DNA of 64,000 bases from an uncultured Bacteroidales bacterium (GCA_963730615.1 CAVSSR010000003.1:88-64087); one strand, 5' to 3'. Positions 33,377-42,294 are shown, counted from the stretch's first letter. Numbers and translations are program-made. Notes: a model not told the origin generated them from the sequence alone.

Positions 33377-33620
33377 AATGACGGATTGTTAAGATCACCA
33401 GGGATACTAATTCCGAAGCTGTTTATTTCACTGTCATTTTGCTTCAAATACTATTTCTTTGCTGATTGCCAGCATTGCCACATCTTATGTTCTCAACGAG
33501 TATGCATGAACTGCCGGGGGTTGCTCATCTGATGTACCTGAGAGTGGCGAATTGCTCAGTATAGCCCCCGAATTCATCCTCAGAACAAAACTCATACCAC
33601 CAGAGACCCGGCGAGTTCTT

Positions 33621-33656
33621 GCCCCGGGTTGCCACACGATCCGGGGCTTTTCTTTT
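33621..33656 (+). terminator. Intrinsic terminator inside a noncoding GC-rich patch
   Basis: GCCCCGG-N13-CCGGGGC followed by TTTTCTTTT. Confidence 0.7.
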
Positions 33657-33843
33657 ATACAAAATACTCCTTGCTGGAACGTGATGGAGATAGCTCCCAT
33701 AACCCATTACCAGCCTTCGGGATTTGGAAGATTTTTTGATTTTGGCACACAGAGAACAAACTTTGGGACGCATAGAACAATCTGATAAAAAACTTAGATC
33801 GAACTTTGCTTTAAGAGTTAGTATTAACTAAAACAGTTCATCT

Positions 33844-34298
33844 ATGAAAACTAAGACATTAGTTATGATGTGTCTATTATTAGGCATCGGATTAACCCAG
33901 CTTTCTGCGCAGATTCCACCACCCAGTAATGGAAAAGAAACTGGAACAGTTTCCTATCTTATCTCAAATGTTTACTGGCAACCTATTGTCTGCAATGGAG
34001 ATGTAGTAGATAATTTAGAAGGTACTGCAACCTGGCATGTTGTATACAAATGGGAAAGGGAGTTGCTGTTTGGAACAGGCAACACGGCTTTGAGGTCGAC
34101 GTACATAGTACAAACCCCCCATATGAGCAATTTAAATTAAGTGAAAGTGATAAGGGAGATGAATTGAATGGGATTGTGACCTGGCATTATAATCTTAAAG
34201 GGAATTACGGGTCGCATTATATAGGCACATCTTCATATGATTGGATAAACAACATATGGGTAAACGGTCGCACTATATGTGCAGGAGAACATAAATAG
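33844..34298 (+). pseudogene. Small hypothetical secreted protein; frame interrupted once
   Basis: Signal peptide MKTKTLVMMCLLLGIGLTQLSAQ. Fragments 33844-34140 and 34050-34298. Confidence 0.45.
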
Positions 34299-34321
34299 GA
34301 CAATGTATCCTGACAGATTGA

Positions 34322-34344
34322 GCCCTCGGATCCCGGGGGCTTTT
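34322..34344 (+). terminator. Intrinsic terminator
   Basis: GCCCTCGG-atc-CCGGGGGC followed by TTTT. Confidence 0.7.
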
Positions 34345-34621
34345 CATTGGTGGCGAGACATGAGGAAGTGCAGACTTCCTTGCCGGTTGCCAGGATTGCA
34401 ACTTCTACTGCTGTCTATGGATGCACTCTTTTTATCCTTGCCCATCCAGGCAGGAGACTATAACCTGACATCGACAGTACAAGGCGTTGCCGACCTGAAC
34501 ATAAAATGACTCAAGATGACAATAACTTCCATTTACCAAATATGAGTGCCTTTAATACACCTACAAATAAGTTTGGCACAAGGCCATTCCAACTCCTTAT
34601 AATGAAATAATTATGGAATTA

Positions 34622-34653
34622 TTTGTATTTATGAAAAATACTTTCTAGCTTTG
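34622..34653 (+). promoter_or_regulatory. Bacteroidetes-type promoter (TTTG-N20-TAGCTTTG) upstream of the Abi gene
   Basis: TTTG at 34622-34625 and TAGCTTTG at 34646-34653, matching the -33 TTTG / -7 TAnnTTTG consensus and spacing. Confidence 0.5.
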
Positions 34654-34663
34654 CATTAACAGT

Positions 34664-34715
34664 ACTCGCCACGCTACCCATAAGAACAGCGTCCCAGGGC
34701 GGGTCTTTTGCTTTT
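34664..34715 (+). terminator. Terminator-like leader hairpin between the promoter and the Abi start codon
   Basis: ACTCGCC-ACGCT-loop12-AGCGT-cccag-GGCGGGT followed by CTTTTGCTTTT. It ends 43 nt before the GTG at 34758. Confidence 0.5.
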
Positions 34716-34757
34716 ATAGAATCAAGTCATCAACTTTCCATTATATCTCTCTTTCAA

Positions 34758-35663
34758 GTGATTTATTCAAAACCAGCTCTCAGTATCTCGGACCAAGTGA
34801 GGCAATTGCAGAGTTGGGGGTTAATAATACACAACAATGTCCTTTGTGAACATTACTTATTCAACGTAGGATATTACAGATTATCAGGCTATTGGTATTC
34901 AATGCTTTCTGACAAATTAAATCATATTTTCAAACCTAACAGTACATTTGAGAATGTTGTAGCAATTTACCAATTCGACAGGGAGCTTAGATTGCTTCTT
35001 TTTGACATAATAGAAAGAATTGAAATAGCTCTCCGCACAAAAATGATCTATTATCTATCTCATGAGATAGATCCATGGTGGTTTGAGAATGTTAACAATT
35101 TCAAGGATCCTTCAGCACATGCGCAAACTATCCTCTCAATAGATAGAGAGCTATCTCAGACAAAAGAGGAATTTATAAAGCAGCATTATTCCAAGTATTA
35201 TAGCGAAACTCGAAGACCTCCCGCATGGAAGACATTAAATATTGCCTCCTTTGGAACAATATCAAAGCTTTATGGAAATTTATCGGACCATTTACAATCA
35301 AAAGATACAATAGCCAAAGAATTCGGGACGGTGAATAAAAGCTATCTTCCTAGCTGGCTGCAAGACATATCGCAAATACGTAATATTTGCGCACACCATG
35401 CTAGACTATGGAATAAAAACCTTCCTGGTAGGCCAAAGCTGCTATCAAAACCACCCTACAAATGGTTAAAAAACGTACCTCCAGTGAATGAACACTATAA
35501 ACTATACATTCATATTTGCTGCATGAAATATATGTTTGATTTGGTTGATACTAATAACCAAATATCATTTAAGATGCAGGACCTTTTTAACAGATATCCA
35601 AATATAGATCAGGCTGCGTTAGGATTCCCTTCTGATTGGCAAGGGGAACCTTTTTGGAATTAA
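34758..35663 (+). CDS. Abi_2-family (AbiD/AbiF-like) abortive-infection protein
   Basis: KPALSISDQVRQLQSWGLII, GYYRLSGYWY and IRNICAHHARLWNKNL are the patterns I associate with Pfam Abi_2. GTG start, 301 aa, intact. Confidence 0.8.
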   Translation: MIYSKPALSISDQVRQLQSWGLIIHNNVLCEHYLFNVGYYRLSGYWYSMLSDKLNHIFKPNSTFENVVAIYQFDRELRLLLFDIIERIEIALRTKMIYYLSHEIDPWWFENVNNFKDPSAHAQTILSIDRELSQTKEEFIKQHYSKYYSETRRPPAWKTLNIASFGTISKLYGNLSDHLQSKDTIAKEFGTVNKSYLPSWLQDISQIRNICAHHARLWNKNLPGRPKLLSKPPYKWLKNVPPVNEHYKLYIHICCMKYMFDLVDTNNQISFKMQDLFNRYPNIDQAALGFPSDWQGEPFWN

Positions 35664-35689
35664 GATAATGGCTCAGTACCTAACAGGTC

Positions 35690-35880
35690 GGTATATGCAA
35701 TTGGCTTCGACTGGTTTTTGCGCGCCGATCCGCCAGACCGACACACCAAAACCAGTTGGTGCTTTATCGGCCTGGCTTAGCGGCTGAAGCCGCCGGGCAA
35801 AAACCAGCCCGCTGCTCCGCTCCACTTGCCGGGATAAACTTCTCACTCCTCTCCTGCCCCGCAAGCCGCAACAAAAAACA
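35690..35880 (+). repeat. GC-rich structured intergenic segment (loosely related to the E family) with alternative pairings
   Basis: ACTGGTTTT (35710-35718) is exactly complementary to AAAACCAGT (35748-35756). CTGGTTTTT (35711-35719) is exactly complementary to AAAAACCAG (35799-35807). Confidence 0.45.
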
Positions 35881-35892
35881 GCCTTGCGGCTG
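35872..35892 (-). terminator. Intrinsic terminator downstream of tRNA-Gln
   Basis: On the minus strand, CAGCC-gcaa-GGCTG is followed by TTTTTTG. An overlapping AGCCGCAA/TTGCGGCT stem could act on the plus strand. Confidence 0.6.
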
Positions 35893-35899
35893 TTTCTTG

Positions 35900-35972
35900 T
35901 TGACCCACAGGGGTTCGAACCCCGACTCTTCTGAACCAAAATCAGACGTGTTGCCAATTACACCATGGGTCA
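35900..35972 (-). tRNA. tRNA-Gln (TTG)
   Basis: 73-nt cloverleaf. Acceptor TGACCCA/TGGGTCA, anticodon stem TCTGA/TCAGA with loop TTTTGGT, T arm GGGGTTCGAACCCC. Confidence 0.9.
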
Positions 35973-36017
35973 ATCGGCGCCTGATAAGGCGTGGCAAAAG
36001 TAGATATTTTTTTGAAT

Positions 36018-36395
36018 TCAGGATTGCTCTGTCTCGTAAAAGATAAACGGACAGTCAATGAATGAGTGAATAATCTGACCAAGCTCGTACAACTCGTCAT
36101 CTCCCCTTTCATAAAACCATTCTATCGAGACCCTGTTGTGAACATCATCGTAAAGTGATAGTTTCTTAATGAGACCATAAACCCACTTTGTCGATGCCGT
36201 ATTGATGAAATCAAAAGAAAGAGATACACGCGTTCTGATTGCCGTGCGGGCCACATAATCAGTTACCCACTCCTCAAGAGGACGGTAAAAATCAGAGGCA
36301 TTCTCGGGTATTGACCTCCCCCTGATCTCAAGGTGACCCTCAAGAAACAATACTTCAGGCGTAACCTTTGTAGGCTCTATCTTAATGATATTCAT
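36018..36395 (-). CDS. DUF1987 (SiaC-like) protein
   Basis: MNIIKIEPTKVTPEVLF..GHLEIRGRSIPENASDFYRPLEEWVTDY...FDFINTASTKWVYGLIKKL matches the DUF1987 pattern. Start moved to an internal Met. Confidence 0.75.
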   Translation of the reverse strand: MNIIKIEPTKVTPEVLFLEGHLEIRGRSIPENASDFYRPLEEWVTDYVARTAIRTRVSLSFDFINTASTKWVYGLIKKLSLYDDVHNRVSIEWFYERGDDELYELGQIIHSFIDCPFIFYETEQS

Positions 36396-36475
36396 TCCCA
36401 TTTTAGCCGCAATAAAAAATCCCCCTGGTGTGGCATTCACAAAAATAGTAAAATTAGGTTTGCCGCTGATTACGA

Positions 36476-36757
36476 TCAGTTATTTTTCGGTTCATGGGAA
36501 AACAGAGTGAGCTCACCCTGCTCCCACAGCGTCGGATGCTCAGTATCAAACCTGCCTATGATGGCATGCATGATGGTGCGACGCATAAAATCCGCCTTGC
36601 TCCTGACCCTGAAACGCTGACAGTAGATGTTGAGAGCCCTCGCTTCCCTCTCGTTAAGCCTGAGAGTCAGGTTGGTCGTTCTCTTTATCTTCTCCTCAGT
36701 AATATGTATGCGTTTCAACCTGGCTTTAAATTTTATACTAAAATAGCCCCCGGCCAC
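36476..36757 (-). CDS. Hypothetical small basic protein, possibly ribbon-helix-helix (MobC/CopG-like)
   Basis: TNLTLRLNEREARALNIYCQRF..SKADFMRRTIMHAI has a strand-helix-helix pattern. 93 aa. Confidence 0.45.
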   Translation of the reverse strand: MAGGYFSIKFKARLKRIHITEEKIKRTTNLTLRLNEREARALNIYCQRFRVRSKADFMRRTIMHAIIGRFDTEHPTLWEQGELTLFSHEPKNN

Positions 36758-36790
36758 GGTATTTACAGCCAGGGAAACAGTGATTTATTA

Positions 36791-36829
36791 ACAACAAAAA
36801 GCAGGTCGTTCATAACGAGCTGACCTGCT
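36791..36829 (-). terminator. Intrinsic terminator downstream of fba
   Basis: On the minus strand, AGCAGGTC-N14-GACCTGCT is followed by TTTTTGTTGTT. Confidence 0.7.
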
Positions 36830-36852
36830 TGATGTTATAGTATTAATAAGTA

Positions 36853-37929
36853 TTAAAGCCTGTTAAGGGCATTGAGGTCCCCAAAGGCTTCCTTAAGCCT
36901 TGCAGTGAATGTTTCCTGGCCCTTGCGGAGCCATACCCTCGGGTCATAATACTTTTTATTGGGCTTGTCATCACCTTCAGGATTTCCGATCTGGCCCTGC
37001 AGGTAACCCTTTTTGGCCTCATAGTAATCCCTGACACCTGCCCAGAATGCCCACTGCATATCGGTATCAAGATTCATTTTTACTGCACCGTATTTAATGG
37101 CTTCGGTGATCTTTTCCTTCTCAGACCCTGAACCTCCGTGAAACACAAAATTGACAGGGTTGGGACCGGTCTTGTACTTTTTCTGGATAAATTCCTGCGA
37201 GTTCTTCAGTATCTCGGGCTTAAGGGTAACGTTACCGGGCTTATAAACGCCGTGCACATTACCGAATGAGGCAGCTATGGTGAAATTTGGCGAGATCTTC
37301 AGGAGCTCTTCATAGGCATAAGCCACATCCTCGGGCTGGGTATATAGTTTCGAGCTGCTTATCCCGGTATTATCGACGCCGTCTTCTTCGCCACCGGTAA
37401 CACCCAGTTCAATCTCAAGCGTCATTTCAAGCTTGTGCATCCGCTCAAGGTACTTCTTGCATGTCTCAATGTTTTCTTTCAGAGGATCCTCTGAGAGATC
37501 GAGCATATGAGAGCTGAACAGCGGCTTGCCGTTGGTCTCATAAAACTCCTCGCCGGCATCCAGCAGGGCGTCTATCCATGGAAGGAGCTTACGTGCTGCA
37601 TGGTCAGTGTGAAGTATTACCGGGATACCGTAGTACTCTGCCACGTTATGTACATGAAGAGCGCCTGATATTCCGCCGGCGATGGCTCCTGTATGGTTCT
37701 CTTTCGTCAGACCCTGACCGGCAAAGAAATGCGCTCCGCCGTTTGAAAACTGAATTATCACGGGCGAATTCACCTCCCGCGCTGTCTCAAGCACAGCATT
37801 CACCGAGTCAGTCCCGACAACATTAACTGCCGGAATGGCAAAATCATTCTTGTTTGCATAATCAAACAGCTTCTTTACATCTTCACCGGAGATGACACCG
37901 GGCTCAAGATTTAATCCTTTGTTACTCAT
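36853..37929 (-). CDS. fba: Class II fructose-1,6-bisphosphate aldolase
   Basis: MSNKGLNLEPGVISGEDV.., FAIPAVNVVG, ILHTDHA and FVFHGGSGS motifs. Start at the internal Met, 359 aa. Confidence 0.9.
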   Translation of the reverse strand: MSNKGLNLEPGVISGEDVKKLFDYANKNDFAIPAVNVVGTDSVNAVLETAREVNSPVIIQFSNGGAHFFAGQGLTKENHTGAIAGGISGALHVHNVAEYYGIPVILHTDHAARKLLPWIDALLDAGEEFYETNGKPLFSSHMLDLSEDPLKENIETCKKYLERMHKLEMTLEIELGVTGGEEDGVDNTGISSSKLYTQPEDVAYAYEELLKISPNFTIAASFGNVHGVYKPGNVTLKPEILKNSQEFIQKKYKTGPNPVNFVFHGGSGSEKEKITEAIKYGAVKMNLDTDMQWAFWAGVRDYYEAKKGYLQGQIGNPEGDDKPNKKYYDPRVWLRKGQETFTARLKEAFGDLNALNRL

Positions 37930-37969
37930 TCTTTTGTATGTTTTATTGAATTTTCGAAGTCGGTTGCGG

Positions 37970-37977
37970 CAAAGATA
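37970..37977 (-). promoter_or_regulatory. Bacteroidetes-type -7 box (TATCTTTG on the minus strand) for fba
   Basis: The plus strand reads CAAAGATA, about 40 nt upstream of the fba ATG. Confidence 0.45.
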
Positions 37978-38097
37978 AGTAAAAATGCAAGACTCTTTTC
38001 TGATCCCCATGCAGCATGATAATATCTTTGATGTCTTTATTATACTGATCAATTTCCTATCTTCGTAGCTTCGTTTTAAAGTCCTTATTCAGTGAAC

Positions 38098-39466
38098 ATG
38101 AAAAGAAAATTTTTTACCCTAAGCATCATCATGCTGCTTAGTCCTTTGCTTCTCTTTTCACAGCAGAAACAGTGGACGTTTGAAGAGTGCATTGCCCATG
38201 CTCTTGAGAACAACATTCAGATAAAACAGCAGGAGATCATGACCAGGTATCAGGAATCCAGTCTTGAACAGTCGAAATTAAATCTCCTTCCTTCCCTTAA
38301 CGGAAGCGCCAATCATTATTATTCTTTTGGCCGGTCATATGACAAGACATCCAATAGGTATACCGAGGGCGAAACCGTTCAGTCAAACAGCTTCAATATC
38401 GGCTCAAACATGTCACTGTTTAACGGCCTGGTTAATTACAATACCATCCAGAAGAACAAGTATGAACTGCTGGCCACCGAGCAGGATCTTGAAGGATTCA
38501 GGGACAATATCTCCCTGAATGTGGCACTTGCGTATCTTCAGATACTTCTGAATAACGAACTGGTAGCCACCACCGCCGCACAGGTTGAACTGACACAGCA
38601 ACAGATTGACCGCACTGCCAAGCTGGTTGATGCAGGAAGCCTGGCGCGCGGAAACCTGCTGGATATTGAAGCCCAGGCAGCCCGTGAAGAGCTGCAGCTG
38701 ATCACCCTGCAGAACCAGCTGGCAATATCTGTCCTGACCCTGGCACAGCTGCTTGAATTGCCTTCGGCTGACGACTTTAAGATTGATATTCCTGAGATTA
38801 CCGTTGATCCCGTTGCATTTGAAAGTAATCCTGACTCCATATATTCCGTTGCGGAAAAAATCAGACCGGAAATCCTGGGTGCCGAGTACAAGCTGAAAGG
38901 TGCTGAGTATGACCTGGCCATTGCAAAAGGCGGCAGGAGCCCTCAGCTCTCAGTGGGCGCTTCATGGAACACGGCATATTCCGATAACAGGATCGATCTT
39001 GTTACCCTGGAACCCTATGATTTCGGAACACAGCTGGATATTAACAGGAACGGCGCAGTTGGTTTTTCGCTGAACATCCCTATACTGAACGGGTGGATGG
39101 TCAACACTCAGATCAAGAACTCGCAGGCTGGGTATTGAAAATTCACGGTACGCTCTTGAAAATACGAAGAAACAGCTGTACAAGAACATTCAGCAGGCTT
39201 ATACCGATGCCACAGGGGCACTGAAAAGGTACTATTCCAGCCAGAAGGCTGTATCATCAATGCAGGAGGCCTACAGGTATGCTGAACAAAAATTAAATGT
39301 TGGCCTGGTCACTGCCGTTGATTACAATCAGTCAAAGACCCAGCTGCTGAATGCCCAGAGCGAAATGGCCCAGGCAAAATATGAATATGTCTTCAAGACA
39401 AAGGTCCTTGATTTTTACAAGGGCATCCCGCTTTCTCTTGAGCACATTGGCATTATGGCACTTTAA
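38098..39466 (+). pseudogene. TolC-family outer-membrane efflux protein; frame interrupted near 39.13 kb
   Basis: Signal peptide, WTFEECIAHALENNIQIK start and duplicated coiled-coil repeats. The C-terminal LNAQSEMAQAKYEYVFKTKVLDFYKG lies in another frame. Confidence 0.8.
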
Positions 39467-39483
39467 TTCAGAAAACTCATTTA

Positions 39484-40758
39484 ATGATGAAAAACAATAA
39501 AATTCTCAAGATCCTCGTACCCATTGTTCTCCTTCTTATTGTTTTCGCTGCCGTTGGCAAAAAGAAAGGCTGGTTCGGCAAGGAAGCCACAGTCAAGGTG
39601 GCGGTTGAACAGGTGAAAAAAACTCCGATTGTCGAAGCCGTTACAGCCAACGGCAAGATACAGCCCGAGACAGAAGTCAAGATAAGTCCTGATGTCTCCG
39701 GTGAAATCGTTGAACTGCACGTCAAAGAGGGGGATTTTGTTCAGAAAGGGGTTCTGCTTTTCAAGATCAAGCCTGAAATTTACATCTCTGCAAGTGAACG
39801 TGCTGCCGCAGCCGTGAATTCATCCAAGGCCCGCCAGGCACAGGTCGAGGCACAGATGATCCAGGCTGAGTTGTCGTACAACAGAAGCAAGAAGCTTTTT
39901 GATGAGAATACGATATCCAAGTCTGATTTTGAGCAGGCAGAATCACAGTATAAAGTTGCAAAAGCCGAGAAGGAGAGCGCTCTCTACTCGGTAAAAAGCT
40001 CCGAGGCTTCACTCAGGGAGGCGAATGAAAATCTGGTTAAAACTACTGTCTATTCACCCATGACGGGTACAATATCAAGCCTGTCGGTTGAGCTTGGCGA
40101 GAGAGTCATCGGCGCCACTATGATGACCGGCACCGAGGTTTTGCGCGTTGCCGACCTTAACCGTATGGAGGTTGTGGTCGAAGTAAACGAGAATGACATT
40201 ATCAGGGTAAAGCTGGGCGACACAGCCGATGTGGAGGTGGACGCTTATCTCGACCGTACCTTCAGGGGTGTGGTGACCGAGATAGCCAACTCGGCCAAAA
40301 GCACCACCATTACATCTGACCAGGTCACAAACTTTGAGGTCAGAATACTTATCCTGCGGGAGTCGTACCAGGACCTGATCAGTGAGAAGAACCCCAGTCC
40401 TTTCAGGCCGGGAATGTCAGCATCTGTTGATATTTTCACCAGCCGGAAGGCAGACATCCTCACCGTGCCCATCCAGGCGGTCACAACGCGTACTGATACT
40501 ACCAAGGCAGAGACAGTCGGAGCTGAAGAGATACGAACACTCGTTTTTGTGTCGGACGGAAACTATGCTCTTGCCCGTGACGTGAAGACAGGCATACAGG
40601 ATAACGTAAACATTGAGATCCTGAGCGGTCTTGCTGAAGGCGATACTGTCATTGTTCAGCCATTCAGTGCTATCAGTAAAAAGCTTTCCGACTCCACCCT
40701 TATTGAAGTTGTTGATAAAGAGGCCCTCTTCAGCACTGAAAAGAAGAAGGGAAAATAA
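39484..40758 (+). CDS. Efflux periplasmic adaptor subunit (HlyD/MacA family)
   Basis: N-terminal TM anchor, lipoyl-like motif SGEIVELHVKEGDFVQKGVLLFKI, long coiled coil, and VYSPMTGTISSLSVELGERV. Confidence 0.85.
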   Translation: MMKNNKILKILVPIVLLLIVFAAVGKKKGWFGKEATVKVAVEQVKKTPIVEAVTANGKIQPETEVKISPDVSGEIVELHVKEGDFVQKGVLLFKIKPEIYISASERAAAAVNSSKARQAQVEAQMIQAELSYNRSKKLFDENTISKSDFEQAESQYKVAKAEKESALYSVKSSEASLREANENLVKTTVYSPMTGTISSLSVELGERVIGATMMTGTEVLRVADLNRMEVVVEVNENDIIRVKLGDTADVEVDAYLDRTFRGVVTEIANSAKSTTITSDQVTNFEVRILILRESYQDLISEKNPSPFRPGMSASVDIFTSRKADILTVPIQAVTTRTDTTKAETVGAEEIRTLVFVSDGNYALARDVKTGIQDNVNIEILSGLAEGDTVIVQPFSAISKKLSDSTLIEVVDKEALFSTEKKKGK

Positions 40759-40782
40759 GGTAAACGGCAATTTATTCCGTAA

Positions 40783-41475
40783 ATGATCCTTTGCATTGAG
40801 ACAGCCACCGGCGTCTGTTCGGTGGCATTATGCGATGATAACTCTGTCATCAGCGTGCTTGAGGCTCCTGCCGGGATGTCTCATTCCTCAAGTCTTACAG
40901 TCATCATACAGGAGCTGCTCAGGGGCGCTTCCATCGAAGCACGGCAGCTCGATGCCGTTTCTGTCAGCAAAGGACCCGGATCATACACAGGACTAAGGAT
41001 TGGGGTATCCGTAGCGAAAGGTATCGCCTACGGTGCGGAAATACCCCTCATTGGCATCAATACCCTTACTGCAATGTGCCACGGTTATCTGACGGCAAAC
41101 CCTCTCCCTGCAGACAGCAGAACCCTGCTCTGCCCTATGATCGACGCCAGGCGGATGGAGGTATATAACGCCCTTTTTACTGCGGATGGAAGAATGATAC
41201 AGGAGACTTCCGCAGACATTATCACCGCGTCATCATACAGCGACAGGCTTGAATCAGAAAAAATAATATTCTTTGGAAACGGAGCCGGCAAATGCAGGTC
41301 AGCAATAACAGGCCCCAATGCCATATTTGAAGAAGGATTCAGCCTCTCGGCATCATATTTGCACAAGCCGTCAGTGAACGCCTTCAGGGAAAAGCAGTTT
41401 GAGGATGTTGCCTATTTTGAACCTTATTATCTTAAGGAGTTCATCGCAACAATTCCCAAAAAGCTGTTCCTCTGA
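40783..41475 (+). CDS. tsaB: tRNA t6A37 biosynthesis protein TsaB (YeaZ)
   Basis: ILCIETATGVCSVAL and VSKGPGSYTGLRIGVSVAKG. Confidence 0.85.
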   Translation: MILCIETATGVCSVALCDDNSVISVLEAPAGMSHSSSLTVIIQELLRGASIEARQLDAVSVSKGPGSYTGLRIGVSVAKGIAYGAEIPLIGINTLTAMCHGYLTANPLPADSRTLLCPMIDARRMEVYNALFTADGRMIQETSADIITASSYSDRLESEKIIFFGNGAGKCRSAITGPNAIFEEGFSLSASYLHKPSVNAFREKQFEDVAYFEPYYLKEFIATIPKKLFL

Positions 41476-41491
41476 GAAAAAACATTCCGAA

Positions 41492-42272
41492 ATGAGAAGA
41501 ATTTTACCGGCAGTACTGATTATTTTGATTACCACGGTGCAATGGGTAACCGCTCAGCTACAGCCATATATGCCGGGGGAAAAGGTCTTTTACCAGATTA
41601 AATACGGCCCCGTTGGCAGCGGACGTGCTGTCCTTGAAATAAAAGACGGCTTCTACCAGGGAGAACCTGTATGGCATGCAACAGTTACCGGTCAGACAAC
41701 AGGCCTCGCCGATGCCCTTTATCATGTAAGGGACACTTATGAGAGTTATATAAACCCGGAAACAGACCTTCCTGTCTTCTCCATAAGAAACATCGTGGAG
41801 GGACACTACAAAAAGTACAACGAGGTGGCTTTTGACCATACATCGAGGAGCGATTCAACCCTGGTATTCAGCGACCTCTCGGGAAATCATACCGCCCCAA
41901 AAGGTCTTCTGGATATTGTTTCATGCTTTTACTGGTTCCGGAAATACCACCTGGCAAGAGCTGACACCCTTGTTCCCGGGAAAGCTCTATCAGATGACCA
42001 CATGGTTTGCTGACGAGCTCTACCCTATCGTATTGAAATACACAGGAATGGAGACGGTTAAGATCAAAGACGGAAAGATTATGTGTTACAGATTCAACCC
42101 TGTCACGGAGGTGGGACGGGTCTTCGAGACAGAGGAAGATATGGTGATGTGGTTTAGTGCCGATGAAAATTTTTTACCGGTTAAAATTCGATTTGATATC
42201 TTTGTGGGGTCATTTCATGTGGAAATGGTAAAGAGTGAAGGGCTTAGAAAGCCACTGAATTTTATTAATTAA
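41492..42272 (+). pseudogene. DUF3108-domain protein; frame interrupted once
   Basis: GEKVFYQIKYGPVGSGRAVLEIKD ... VRDTYESYINPETDLP pattern. The C-terminal fragment 41832-42272 lies in another frame. Confidence 0.7.
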
Positions 42273-42294
42273 CTCAGGAAATTTTATTTTTTAT

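Noticed and set aside
33530-33600. Possible TPP riboswitch (CTGAGA and ACCTGA words)
   Set aside because: Only isolated short words match. The conserved pyrimidine-sensor and pyrophosphate-sensor helices and the thi-box context are not present, and no thiamine gene follows.
33485-33785. Three mutually overlapping ORFs (33485-33700 -, 33525-33773 -, 33552-33785 +)
   Set aside because: They overlap on both strands within one GC-rich patch, have no recognisable protein pattern, and contain an intrinsic terminator in the middle. I treat the patch as noncoding and report it as a finding instead.
35690-35880. Known housekeeping RNAs (SRP RNA, 6S, tmRNA, RNase P) in the GC-rich spacer next to tRNA-Gln
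   Set aside because: None of the conserved motifs I know is present: SRP domain IV GGAA/AGCA loops, the tmRNA tag ORF and tRNA-like end, or RNase P GAGGAAAGUCC. The segment stays unassigned.
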